A stretch of 53,443 nucleotides of DNA. It comes from a virus (lineage: Duplodnaviria > Caudoviricetes). The notes under the pieces were generated by a model. That model saw only the letters and a program-made list of their open reading frames with translations. It did no database searches and was not told where the DNA came from. Both the position numbers and the translations under genes were made by a program. The stretch's first letter is position 1. Each line of letters opens with the position of its first letter. The stretch is taken from the IMG/VR virus record IMGVR_UViG_3300005747_000096, positions 1-53,443 of that record. One strand, given 5' to 3'. Positions 19,818 to 27,615 of the stretch are shown piece after piece.

Positions 19818-20567
19818 TTATTCTGCCGCCTGTATTTCATTTATGGCTTGGGTAAATTTGATAGTGGGTTCATTTGCTTCAAACACCGCTTGGGCAAAGC
19901 CCCTAGGCGTTGCGCTTCTAATATTCTTAGTCTTTAGGCTTTTGCCCCCTAACTTTCTATGCTGTCTTGAAGCCCCAAAACTTTCACAATTTACAGGCAA
20001 CGGGGCAGGCATAGCAAAACCGCCCCCCGTCCATAAACAAGTTTTTTTGCTATACGCATCACGGGGCGGGATATGATCGGGCCATTGCGGGTGAATTGCG
20101 TCTTGATCTTGGATATAGCCCCCGAATTGATACGGGTGAAAAGTATGATCGGGCTTGCGCCATATTGTAGATAATACGCTAACGGGGTTTTCGATCATAA
20201 AAGGGCAATCAAGCTTTTCTGCAAGATATGCAATAGCTGAACAATGGCCTGCAGCCTTATCTTGAAAGGCGGGGTCTTTTGCCCGTTTCTTTGCGAAATG
20301 CGCCGCCCCGCTAACTGCAAGATCGGTGCAAGGCGGGAAGCCTAAAACTAAAGCAACCCGCCCCGCATATTCTGCAGCAAGATCTTGCATTGTTTCGGGG
20401 CTATAAAGATCAAGCTTTGCTTTAACCATAAAGCCCCCGTTTTGATAATGATAACAAGATGCGCCGTTGTGCTGTATATCAAAGGCAATGCCCCCATAGC
20501 CTGCATTTACCCAAGGCTGCAGCGCAACCCCTGTAAAATCATAAAGCGATAAGACAAGATCACGCAT
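19818..20567 (-). CDS. Phage DNA cytosine-C5 methyltransferase-like protein
   Basis: Motif I-like 'VLSLYDFTG', catalytic 'GFPPCTDL', motif VI 'IENPV', 'YSKKTCLW'; likely start MRDLVL at 20567. Confidence 0.75.
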   Translation of the reverse strand: MRDLVLSLYDFTGVALQPWVNAGYGGIAFDIQHNGASCYHYQNGGFMVKAKLDLYSPETMQDLAAEYAGRVALVLGFPPCTDLAVSGAAHFAKKRAKDPAFQDKAAGHCSAIAYLAEKLDCPFMIENPVSVLSTIWRKPDHTFHPYQFGGYIQDQDAIHPQWPDHIPPRDAYSKKTCLWTGGGFAMPAPLPVNCESFGASRQHRKLGGKSLKTKNIRSATPRGFAQAVFEANEPTIKFTQAINEIQAAE

Positions 20568-20940
20568 TTTGCACCGCCTTTGCGAAAAGACGCAAGGCAA
20601 GATCAAGATTTGATCTATAGGTTTGACCTGTTGCAAGATCTTGCATTTCAAAGGGATATTTTCGGGCTTTTGAATTATAGCCAATAAGCGAAAAGCTTTT
20701 TCCTTGATCATTGCCAATCTTTGAAACGTCTAAATTATAGAAATTTGCATAAAAATCTAAATCCTTTTCGCTTTGGCTTTTGGCCCCCTTCACTTTTACT
20801 TCAAGCTTAAAGTTTGCAACGTCTTGATCAAAGCTGCATTTTCCCGCATGTATTTCTAAGCCTTCAAATTGCTGCAGGTTTTGAAGCAATGCGTTTATTT
20901 CGCTGCGAATTGATCGGATTTTTTCTTTTGTAAATTTCAT
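20560..20940 (-). CDS. Early hypothetical protein
   Basis: 126 aa, preceded by the repeated RBS AAAAGGAACCGACCAAAATG. Confidence 0.8.
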   Translation of the reverse strand: MKFTKEKIRSIRSEINALLQNLQQFEGLEIHAGKCSFDQDVANFKLEVKVKGAKSQSEKDLDFYANFYNLDVSKIGNDQGKSFSLIGYNSKARKYPFEMQDLATGQTYRSNLDLALRLFAKAVQNA

Positions 20941-20968
20941 TTTGGTCGGTTCCTTTTGCTAGTTACTA

Positions 20969-21024
20969 GCTGCAAAATCTGCAGCCCAAGGCCCCCGCCA
21001 AAGGCAGGGGCTAAAGGCTAAAGA
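20969..21024 (-). repeat. Structured intergenic repeat, copy 1
   Basis: TTTAGCCTTTAGCCCCTGC-CTTTG-GCGGGGGCCTTGGGCTGCAGATTTTGCAGC; near-identical to 22202-22257. Confidence 0.85.
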
Positions 21025-21114
21025 CTAAGTGAAAAGAAGCGGGGCAAATTGCAGCATGATCAAAATACCAAACAAGCAAAGCCCCCCGATAAGATCACCG
21101 ATAAAGCCCCGCAT
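21025..21114 (-). CDS. 29-aa single-TM peptide
   Basis: MRGFIGDLIGGLCLFGILIMLQFAPLLFT; TAATG-coupled. Confidence 0.55.
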   Translation of the reverse strand: MRGFIGDLIGGLCLFGILIMLQFAPLLFT

Positions 21115-21341
21115 TATGCTGCAGCCTTTTTGAATTTATAGGCATTGCCTGATGTTTTAAAGCTTACCAAGGCCCCGTTTAATACGTTTTGAAGCGTTCC
21201 ATATGGAATTGAATGTTCGCTTATGGGTTGCCCCTTTTCATTAAGCAAAATTATATATTCCCAACGCTTTAAATGGCATTGTTTGAAGCTTTGATAGAAG
21301 CTTGTTTCTTTGCCGTTAATTTCTAAAATAAAGCCCCGCAT
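21114..21341 (-). CDS. Early hypothetical protein
   Basis: Likely start MRGFILE at 21341 (TGATG coupling to DUF932 gene). Confidence 0.7.
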   Translation of the reverse strand: MRGFILEINGKETSFYQSFKQCHLKRWEYIILLNEKGQPISEHSIPYGTLQNVLNGALVSFKTSGNAYKFKKAAA

Positions 21342-22171
21342 CACGCTGCAGCCTGTTCTGCGATATCCCAAAGGCCTTGGTTCAATCTCACAATTTCTTT
21401 GAGGCCGGTCACCGCTCTTGCGGATCTTGTTTTTATGCCTTTTGCGTTTCGGGATATGATTGGCAGGCCTGCCCCAAGAATACTTTCTTGAAGCCTATTG
21501 TATACTGTCCAAAGATCTTGGCTTGCGTCTTCAATCCGCTTTGGGTGATTGGCGTGTATCATGGTAACGCTATCCCAAAAGGCCCCCGTGTCGGGGCTTC
21601 TGTCTATTTGTTTCCAGCGTAAATCTAAGGCCTGCCTTGCAAGGCTTTGCTGTTGCTTAATATCAAGCTTAACTGCCTGCATTAGCGATGCGGCTTCCAT
21701 AGCCTTTGGCATGTTTTGGGCTTGCTCTTGCACAAGCTTTTCAAAGCCTGCAGTCTGGCCCCCGTCATGCCTTAGCTTTGCCTGCAGGCCTTCGCCCACG
21801 ATGCAACCATTATCACATGCAAACCGATAAATTCCCGACAGCAAACGCAAGCTTTGCGATGCATCGTGCGAATTCCAAAGCAGAATCTCAGGCCTATGCG
21901 GGGCGTCGTTTAGATCTTGTGCAAAGGCTATCAAGTGGCTTGCAAAAGGGATGTTTGCGCTTTTGCGTGATGGTCTTTGCGCTGCATAAACAGGCTTGAA
22001 CCCGTGATCTTGCAAAATTTCCACGGCCTGCATGGTATCAACAAAATCATAATTTTTTGACGTTTTAGGGGCAGGGCTTGGGGTAAATGCTGCAGGGCAT
22101 TTATCTAAAAGATCCGCTTGCGAAAGCATTGTGCGGGGGGTTTTGTCGGTGATCATTAAATCATATGGCAT
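21341..22171 (-). CDS. DUF932 (YubP/TIGR03299-like) protein
   Basis: 'PEILLWNSHDAS..LLSGIYRFACDNG', 'DLWTVYNRLQE', 'RLNQGLW'. Confidence 0.85.
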   Translation of the reverse strand: MPYDLMITDKTPRTMLSQADLLDKCPAAFTPSPAPKTSKNYDFVDTMQAVEILQDHGFKPVYAAQRPSRKSANIPFASHLIAFAQDLNDAPHRPEILLWNSHDASQSLRLLSGIYRFACDNGCIVGEGLQAKLRHDGGQTAGFEKLVQEQAQNMPKAMEAASLMQAVKLDIKQQQSLARQALDLRWKQIDRSPDTGAFWDSVTMIHANHPKRIEDASQDLWTVYNRLQESILGAGLPIISRNAKGIKTRSARAVTGLKEIVRLNQGLWDIAEQAAA

Positions 22172-22201
22172 TTTGGTCGGTTCCTTTTTTTTAGGTTTAT
22201 T

Positions 22202-22257
22202 GCTGCAAGATTGCAGCCCAAGGCCCCCGCAAATTGCAGGGGCTAAAGGCTAAAATC
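22202..22257 (-). repeat. Structured intergenic repeat, copy 2
   Basis: TTTAGCCTTTAGCCCCTGC-AATTT-GCGGGGGCCTTGGGCTGCAATCTTGCAGC. Confidence 0.85.
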
Positions 22258-22491
22258 TTAAAAGATATCTGCCCCCATGATGTTTAAAAGCTTTGGGTTT
22301 GGGGGGCTTTCTGCATAATGCTTTTTGATATCTGCAGCCATTTCACTTTTGTCAGTATAAAAAGAACCGTCCGCAAAAAAGCTTTCACCGTCTTGATCAA
22401 GCAACCAATAGCCCCAACCGTTTTGGTTTCTTTCGGTTCCAATCTTTGCGCCTATGGTAGACGCTAAAAAGCGCAATTCTTTAATTGTCAT
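22258..22491 (-). CDS. Early hypothetical protein
   Basis: Likely start MTIKELRF at 22491 (TAATG coupling). Confidence 0.65.
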   Translation of the reverse strand: MTIKELRFLASTIGAKIGTERNQNGWGYWLLDQDGESFFADGSFYTDKSEMAADIKKHYAESPPNPKLLNIMGADIF

Positions 22492-22727
22492 TAAACCGCC
22501 CCCGCTGTTTTTTCTTCTAATTCTTGGGGCGTGTTTGCAGTAACGCATTCAATGATTGAAACGGTGAAGACATCACCCATTTTTTGGGCCTGCTTAAAAA
22601 TATTGCTTTCTATGCTGTCTTCGATTGTGCGGCAGGTATTGCCTAAAACAGACATATCTAAAACCCGTCCTTTGAATTCTTGGTTGTATATGCCGTTTAT
22701 GGTTGCGATTGCTTCAAAGTATTTCAT
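22491..22727 (-). CDS. Early hypothetical protein
   Basis: 78 aa, preceded by AAAAGGAACCGACCAAAATG. Confidence 0.75.
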   Translation of the reverse strand: MKYFEAIATINGIYNQEFKGRVLDMSVLGNTCRTIEDSIESNIFKQAQKMGDVFTVSIIECVTANTPQELEEKTAGAV

Positions 22728-22826
22728 TTTGGTCGGTTCCTTTTGTCAAAAGTTAAGGGGCAAAGCTTATGCCCTGCCCCTTGTTATTTCATTTCCACAA
22801 TTTAGTAAAGCCACTTTATTAATCTT

Positions 22827-22895
22827 TCAAAATAAAAGATCTAAAGCCCATAACCAAAATACGGTGAAGCCCAAAGCAGTATAAAAGATTTTCAT
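22827..22895 (-). CDS. 22-aa hydrophobic peptide
   Basis: MKIFYTALGFTVFWLWALDLLF; ATGA-coupled, GAGG RBS. Confidence 0.45.
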   Translation of the reverse strand: MKIFYTALGFTVFWLWALDLLF

Positions 22896-23149
22896 AGCGC
22901 CTCTTCTGCCTTTTCAAGCAAACTATCAAAGCCGTAACCGCAACATATGATAAAGGCTTGATTGTAATGTTCACGGGTTGCGGGTTCTAAATTGGGCCAC
23001 TGTTCAGCTAATTGGTTAAGATCTTTCAAGGCCCCGCTGTCGCTGTCTTCATTTACAGCGCTTGCGAATTCCTGCCAAAGACTAAGATCCCAAACATCGT
23101 TTTCAATTGCTTCTAAAAGCTTTGGGGTTTTTGGGGTTCTAGTTTTCAT
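22892..23149 (-). CDS. Early acidic hypothetical protein
   Basis: Likely start MKTRTPK at 23149 with poly-G RBS. Confidence 0.65.
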   Translation of the reverse strand: MKTRTPKTPKLLEAIENDVWDLSLWQEFASAVNEDSDSGALKDLNQLAEQWPNLEPATREHYNQAFIICCGYGFDSLLEKAEEAL

Positions 23150-23150
23150 A

Positions 23151-23366
23151 TTAAAGCCCCCCGACATATCGAAAGCCACCCTTGCAGCGCTTATCAGGCT
23201 TAAAGCCTAATTTTGCTGCAGCCTTTGCAGCAAGCCTATTAAATTCAGGGCGGTTTTCTTCATCACCAAAAGAGCGGGGTATATAAGTATATAAGACAGG
23301 CTTGCCCCCGATTAGGCAAAGGGCAAGGGCTTGCTTGCCATTGCTGGCGGCTCTTATCTTTAACAT
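23151..23366 (-). CDS. Early hypothetical protein
   Basis: 71 aa; AGGGGGG RBS. Confidence 0.65.
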   Translation of the reverse strand: MLKIRAASNGKQALALCLIGGKPVLYTYIPRSFGDEENRPEFNRLAAKAAAKLGFKPDKRCKGGFRYVGGL

Positions 23367-23378
23367 ATCTAAGCCCCC

Positions 23379-24149
23379 CTATTCTGCAGCCAAGAGAAAG
23401 CCCTTGCCCGCTTGAGCAAGATCTTTAGGAAAACAGGCTTGCGCTTGTGCGGGGCATTGTGTTGTTTGGCTTGGCTCTACTATAAACAAGCTTTTGCTTT
23501 TCTTGGCTTCATTGCCTTTCAGTTTAAGCCCGATAATTTTGCCCCGTTGTTTTTGGTTTTTGATATCGGACAAATCACCGTCAACAATTTCACGGCCTAA
23601 GAAATAAGAACCGACAGGCACAAAGCCCCGAAAGACAACGGCAACAGGCCTGTCGGTTTGAAGCGCTCGCTTCACTTGCTTTTGATATTTTGGCTCTTGG
23701 GAATATGAAAAAATAATATCATAGTTAGGCGGCAAATTGTGCAGCCTTTGGGCGCTTTTGGTATAGTCTAGAAAATAGGCTTGGGGGTATCTTTGGGGGA
23801 TGCCATATCTTTCCCAAGGGATATCGCTTATTGTGTTAAGCCTAATAGCAGGGCTTTTATTTGTGCGGATGCAAAGTGATATAAAGTTTTGTATTTCTTT
23901 ATTCCATTGATCAAGAAAGCCCTGCCTATCTTTCATATAAAAATCAGTTTTGGATTGCCTGCCATTTCTGACATTCGAGAAAGCCCCAAAGCCCGCTTCT
24001 ACTAAGCAAGGCTCTTTGCAACCCGCTAAGATTGCTGCAGGGCAAATTGTATCGTTTGGATAAAGAGAAAGGCTTGCAATCCGCAACCCGCTTTCCTTTT
24101 GGCTCTTTCTAACTTTTGTGTTGCTTGCGCTTGTATCAAGTAATTTCAT
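23379..24149 (-). CDS. Gp88-like family protein
   Basis: 'CP......GCKEPCL', 'IRLNTISDIPWE', 'FLDYTK', 'VAVVFR', 'VDGDLSD', 'IIGLKLKG'. Confidence 0.75.
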   Translation of the reverse strand: MKLLDTSASNTKVRKSQKESGLRIASLSLYPNDTICPAAILAGCKEPCLVEAGFGAFSNVRNGRQSKTDFYMKDRQGFLDQWNKEIQNFISLCIRTNKSPAIRLNTISDIPWERYGIPQRYPQAYFLDYTKSAQRLHNLPPNYDIIFSYSQEPKYQKQVKRALQTDRPVAVVFRGFVPVGSYFLGREIVDGDLSDIKNQKQRGKIIGLKLKGNEAKKSKSLFIVEPSQTTQCPAQAQACFPKDLAQAGKGFLLAAE

Positions 24150-24370
24150 TTCTTGGTTTCCTTTTCGTTTTAGATTTTTGCAGATCTTGGGGTTTGTCTT
24201 TTGGGTTGGTTAGGCCCGCCCTTTAATCTGCCACCCAATAGAAACGAAAAACGCAAAGCAATCAAGCGCAAATTTGCACAAATAAAAAGCACATAAAAAG
24301 AATTTATTATTCCTTCCTGGTGGGTGTAATTATTTCTTGAGTTCAATATCTAACTATCATATAGATACCT

Positions 24371-24631
24371 GTGCGGGGGCTATATGTGCATATTGACGCC
24401 CAGGTAAAAAAAGAACTAAAAGGGAACATTCAAAACAATAGGGGGATTCGTATGGTGCTAGACCAGGCACAAGCTAAAGAGCTTGGAGAAGCTTTAATTG
24501 ATGCTTCGGATAAAATTGATAGTAATAAAAACACACAAGCAATTGTAGTTATTGGCGATTTAGCGGTAGCAGTTCCTTATCACCCAGACATGCAAGACGA
24601 ATATGAGACAGTTTGTATTATAGGGGTGTAA
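24371..24631 (+). CDS. Hypothetical protein (true start may be ATG at 24452)
   Basis: ORF followed by a terminator; AGGGGGA RBS before 24452. Confidence 0.55.
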   Translation: MRGLYVHIDAQVKKELKGNIQNNRGIRMVLDQAQAKELGEALIDASDKIDSNKNTQAIVVIGDLAVAVPYHPDMQDEYETVCIIGV

Positions 24632-24661
24632 TACGCATTCTCGCCTAAGTAGTTTTAAATT

Positions 24662-24683
24662 AGACCCTTCGGGGTCTTTTTTT
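24662..24683 (+). terminator. Intrinsic terminator
   Basis: AGACCC-TTCG-GGGTCT followed by a T tract. Confidence 0.85.
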
Positions 24684-24685
24684 AT

Positions 24686-24762
24686 AAAAAACCCCCGCCA
24701 AAGAAAGGGAATTGGCGAGGGCTGCTACTAGCAAGGAGACATAGGCTGGGAGGATGCCTACA
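24686..24762 (-). ncRNA. Candidate anti-Shine-Dalgarno (cuckoo/CcsR-like) sRNA
   Basis: TTGCAT..TATATA promoter at 24796-24769; hairpin UAGGC-AUCCUCCCA-GCCUA, single-stranded GUCUCCUU, terminator CCCUCGCCAA-UUCCCUUUCU-UUGGCGGGGG-U6. Confidence 0.55.
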
Positions 24763-24872
24763 AAACCATATATATATAATGCACTATATAATGCAACTAC
24801 TATTTTATTAATTGACTTTATTAATGCCACTCAGTTACATGGTATCAGCCTCATAACCTTTGGGAGACTGAT

Positions 24873-25946
24873 ATGGCGCATATAAAATACCTGAGAAGGA
24901 AAACACTAGAGAGTGGACATAAGATCTGGGTGGTTAATCCACCTAAATACGTCAAAGAAGCTATTGGTGCTTACTATGAGCAGTTTTCTGATCAATCAGA
25001 TGCTACTGCGAGAGCAATCAGTATTGCGGATCAGTACACCGACTACAAAAGAAACATTAAGCGTGAAGTTCATATTAATGAGCGCACGGTTGGTGGCTTA
25101 GTTAATCAGTATAAGCAAACTAACAGTTGGAATAAGCTAACCGACAACTCTAAAAGAACCTACGACCAGTTGTTGCGGGGTACACTTAGATTACGGGTTA
25201 GTGAGTCACCCAAGTTGCTACAGGACATGCTGATAGAGCATATTTCTGTTAAACATGCAGAGTATTTGTACTCACACCTGTGCAAAGATGTAAGTATGCA
25301 CAGAGCAAACCATGTGTGTAAGGTACTCAGACGCATATGGACAGTAGGCCAGCGTCTTGGGTTAACAAAAGTCAATCCATTTAAGAATATGGGTCTAAGG
25401 AAGACGCCATCCCGTACTGTTCTATGGGAACCAGAGCAAGTACATGCATTTGTCGATAAAGCAGATGAAATGGGCACTCCTTCTCTGGGTACGATGGCTT
25501 TGCTTTGCTATGACCTATGCCAGAGGCCAGGAGATATGCGTCAGCTTACTTGGCAGGACTTTCGTGATCAGATCTTTGGGTTTGAGCAGGAAAAGAATAA
25601 GACATGGGTAGATATCCCTGCCTCTCCACGGCTGTTAGAGCGGATGCAATTGGTATCCCCAAGCAACTGGCATGATCAGATTGTGTATTACGAAAAGACA
25701 GGCAAACCATATGACCGCAGGCAGTACAATAAAGTCTTCTGTCGGATCAGAAACGCTGCAGGTCTGCCCTCTGAGTTACAGCTAAGAGATCTTAGACGTA
25801 CAGGTGCAACTGAAATGGCAGAAGCTGGCTGTACTGAGGACGAATTGCGTTCTGTAACGGGCCACCAGAGCCGTGACGTTCTTTCTATCTATGTAAGGCC
25901 TACAAGAAAGCTTGCCGCTGCAGGCATAAACAAGCGGTTTGGATAA
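24873..25946 (+). CDS. int: Tyrosine integrase
   Basis: Catalytic set present: 'CQRPGD', 'QEKNK', 'RDLRRTGAT', 'TGH', 'IYVRP'; GGAG RBS. Confidence 0.92.
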   Translation: MAHIKYLRRKTLESGHKIWVVNPPKYVKEAIGAYYEQFSDQSDATARAISIADQYTDYKRNIKREVHINERTVGGLVNQYKQTNSWNKLTDNSKRTYDQLLRGTLRLRVSESPKLLQDMLIEHISVKHAEYLYSHLCKDVSMHRANHVCKVLRRIWTVGQRLGLTKVNPFKNMGLRKTPSRTVLWEPEQVHAFVDKADEMGTPSLGTMALLCYDLCQRPGDMRQLTWQDFRDQIFGFEQEKNKTWVDIPASPRLLERMQLVSPSNWHDQIVYYEKTGKPYDRRQYNKVFCRIRNAAGLPSELQLRDLRRTGATEMAEAGCTEDELRSVTGHQSRDVLSIYVRPTRKLAAAGINKRFG

Positions 25947-26107
25947 TGGCAGGTAATATTAACGGAGCGATAAAGGCTTCTGCGGTAGTAGCACTCTTAA
26001 TAGCACTTTTACCCGTGCTAATCGCTATGACCTATTCCGAATATCCACGGTACTGCAAGCTATCGATCTTGTTACCGTGCATTGGAGTTTATGATGAACG
26101 TAAATGA
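25946..26107 (+). CDS. Small TM protein (53 aa, not in ORF track)
   Basis: MAGNINGAIKASAVVALLIALLPVLIAMTYSEYPRYCKLSILLPCIGVYDERK; TAATG-coupled to int. Confidence 0.6.
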   Translation: MAGNINGAIKASAVVALLIALLPVLIAMTYSEYPRYCKLSILLPCIGVYDERK

Positions 26108-26234
26108 GGCCAGAGCAGCCTTCGAAGCTGAACTACAGCGTGTGATTGAACAGCCACCACAGCAATTAACTGAACGCCTGATCGACTTGGTTAAGGCAAT
26201 TCGTGTGGAGTTAAGGAAAACTGATGGAAAGTAA
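26091..26234 (+). CDS. Small helical protein (47 aa, not in ORF track)
   Basis: MMNVNEARAAFEAELQRVIEQPPQQLTERLIDLVKAIRVELRKTDGK; GGAG RBS. Confidence 0.6.
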   Translation: MMNVNEARAAFEAELQRVIEQPPQQLTERLIDLVKAIRVELRKTDGK

Positions 26235-26373
26235 GGAACTTTCGCATTTAGCCTACCACCTAGATATGTTAGGTGTAGTGCCACTCAAGAAGGTGGAAGA
26301 AGAAAAGAAGCTTCACCGTACATATGAGTATAGAAAAGTCGAATTAGATGAAAATGGAGAGCCACCTTGGTAG
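26224..26373 (+). CDS. Small protein ending DENGEPPW (49 aa, not in ORF track)
   Basis: MESKELSHLAYHLDMLGVVPLKKVEEEKKLHRTYEYRKVELDENGEPPW; AAGGA RBS. Confidence 0.6.
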   Translation: MESKELSHLAYHLDMLGVVPLKKVEEEKKLHRTYEYRKVELDENGEPPW

Positions 26374-27116
26374 CAGAAATCACAGTCGAATATGTAGATC
26401 ATTGCGGTACAGACCTTTCAGTCTGTGATGCTGCACGGGTGTCCTACGCAAAGAAATCTGAGCCAGTGGGATACTCTGGTGTAGATGGAAAACCCCTACT
26501 GCCTATCCTGCACGATAAGGATAAGAAGCTGATAAAGTATTTGGCTGATCATAATCATCATAGCCCCTTCAATCATACCTTCGTAACCTTTAGATGCTAC
26601 GCACCGTTGTTTGTTATAGCCCAGCTTCAAAAGCACGAATACATGCCGTGGAATCAGGAGAGCCGTAGATATATTGATGATGAACCTGAGTTCTATATCC
26701 CAAAGCAGTGGCGGGGCCGACCTAAAAACTCCAAGCAAGGTTCTGATGGGGTTGTTGATATCGGCGGTAGTGTTCCTGTAGGCCGGGCTATGTATGCTTG
26801 TAGGGATGCTTATAACGGCCTGCTAAAGGCTGGTGTAGCCCCTGAAATGGCTAGGATGGTATTACCTCAAAATATGATGGCACGGTGGATCTGGAGTGGT
26901 ACGGTTAAAGCTATATCGAAAATGGTAGGGCTTAGAAGTGCATCAGATAGCCAATACGAAAGCCAAGTGATTGCAAATCAAATCAGTGATATCGTAAGAG
27001 GATTGTTTCCCGTAAGCTGGGATGCGCTGGTTCCCCATAAAGAGATCATTCGACCAATGGATGATGAAGAGCGGCAGCAAGCCGTGTATAAATCTATCCA
27101 GAATCAGTACATTTAA
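26367..27116 (+). CDS. thyX: Flavin-dependent thymidylate synthase
   Basis: 'AARVSY', 'HHSPFNH', 'QLQKH..WNQESRRY', 'APEMARMVLP'; TTG start with GGAG 7 nt upstream. Confidence 0.92.
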   Translation: MVAEITVEYVDHCGTDLSVCDAARVSYAKKSEPVGYSGVDGKPLLPILHDKDKKLIKYLADHNHHSPFNHTFVTFRCYAPLFVIAQLQKHEYMPWNQESRRYIDDEPEFYIPKQWRGRPKNSKQGSDGVVDIGGSVPVGRAMYACRDAYNGLLKAGVAPEMARMVLPQNMMARWIWSGTVKAISKMVGLRSASDSQYESQVIANQISDIVRGLFPVSWDALVPHKEIIRPMDDEERQQAVYKSIQNQYI

Positions 27117-27193
27117 TTTCTTGACATACGATTTCGGATACTTTTATGTACTATACTTAACTCTGGGTATTAACCCGTTGTTTTTATTGGACT

Positions 27194-27241
27194 TGGTTGC
27201 GGGAGTAGGATTTGAACCTACGACCTTCAGGTTATGAGCCT
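27194..27241 (-). mobile_element. attP: attP core identical to the 3' half of tRNA-fMet(CAT)
   Basis: Minus strand AGGCTCATAACCTGAAGGTCGTAGGTTCAAATCCTACTCCCGCAACCA = anticodon loop, T-arm and acceptor 3' strand with CCA; no 5' half; flanked by inverted IHF-like boxes at 27171-27189 and 27245-27263. Confidence 0.88.
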
Positions 27242-27393
27242 TTTCAATGAAAACAATGGGTTATAGACGCCAAAGGTTAATAGGCCCATAACTCTGCCAC
27301 ATAATAATGTGCTTGACTTATATCAAAAAGCCTATAGCCTGCGGCTAACCCGCCCAGGGTTAGTAATAGCAACTAGCTAAGAGGCACAAGGCA

Positions 27394-27615
27394 ATGAATA
27401 AAGAGCAAGAAGATTTAAAGGGCAAAGAAGATTATATAAGCCCTGCTACCTTTCTATGTGAATACTGCACAATACCAGTACTTATCTCTCAGCCTGCAAC
27501 TGTATTAATGTATACATGCAAGGGGCCAAAATTCCCGAAGTATCTAGGAGAACTAGGCCCATCCTTAAAATTCACAAGACTATGCAGAGATTGTGGGGAT
27601 CACTTCGATGTCTAG
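27394..27615 (+). CDS. Small zinc-finger-like protein
   Basis: CEYC...CRDC; GAGG RBS. Confidence 0.5.
   Translation: MNKEQEDLKGKEDYISPATFLCEYCTIPVLISQPATVLMYTCKGPKFPKYLGELGPSLKFTRLCRDCGDHFDV

Noticed and set aside
20940-22760. CRISPR-like array from the repeated GGAACCGACCAA / structured repeats
   Set aside because: Copies are hundreds of bp apart and separated by intact genes; the Cas4-like nuclease is a normal phage replication-module exonuclease
27194-27241. Functional tRNA-Met gene
   Set aside because: Only the 3' half is present; no D-arm or 5' acceptor strand, so it is interpreted as attP
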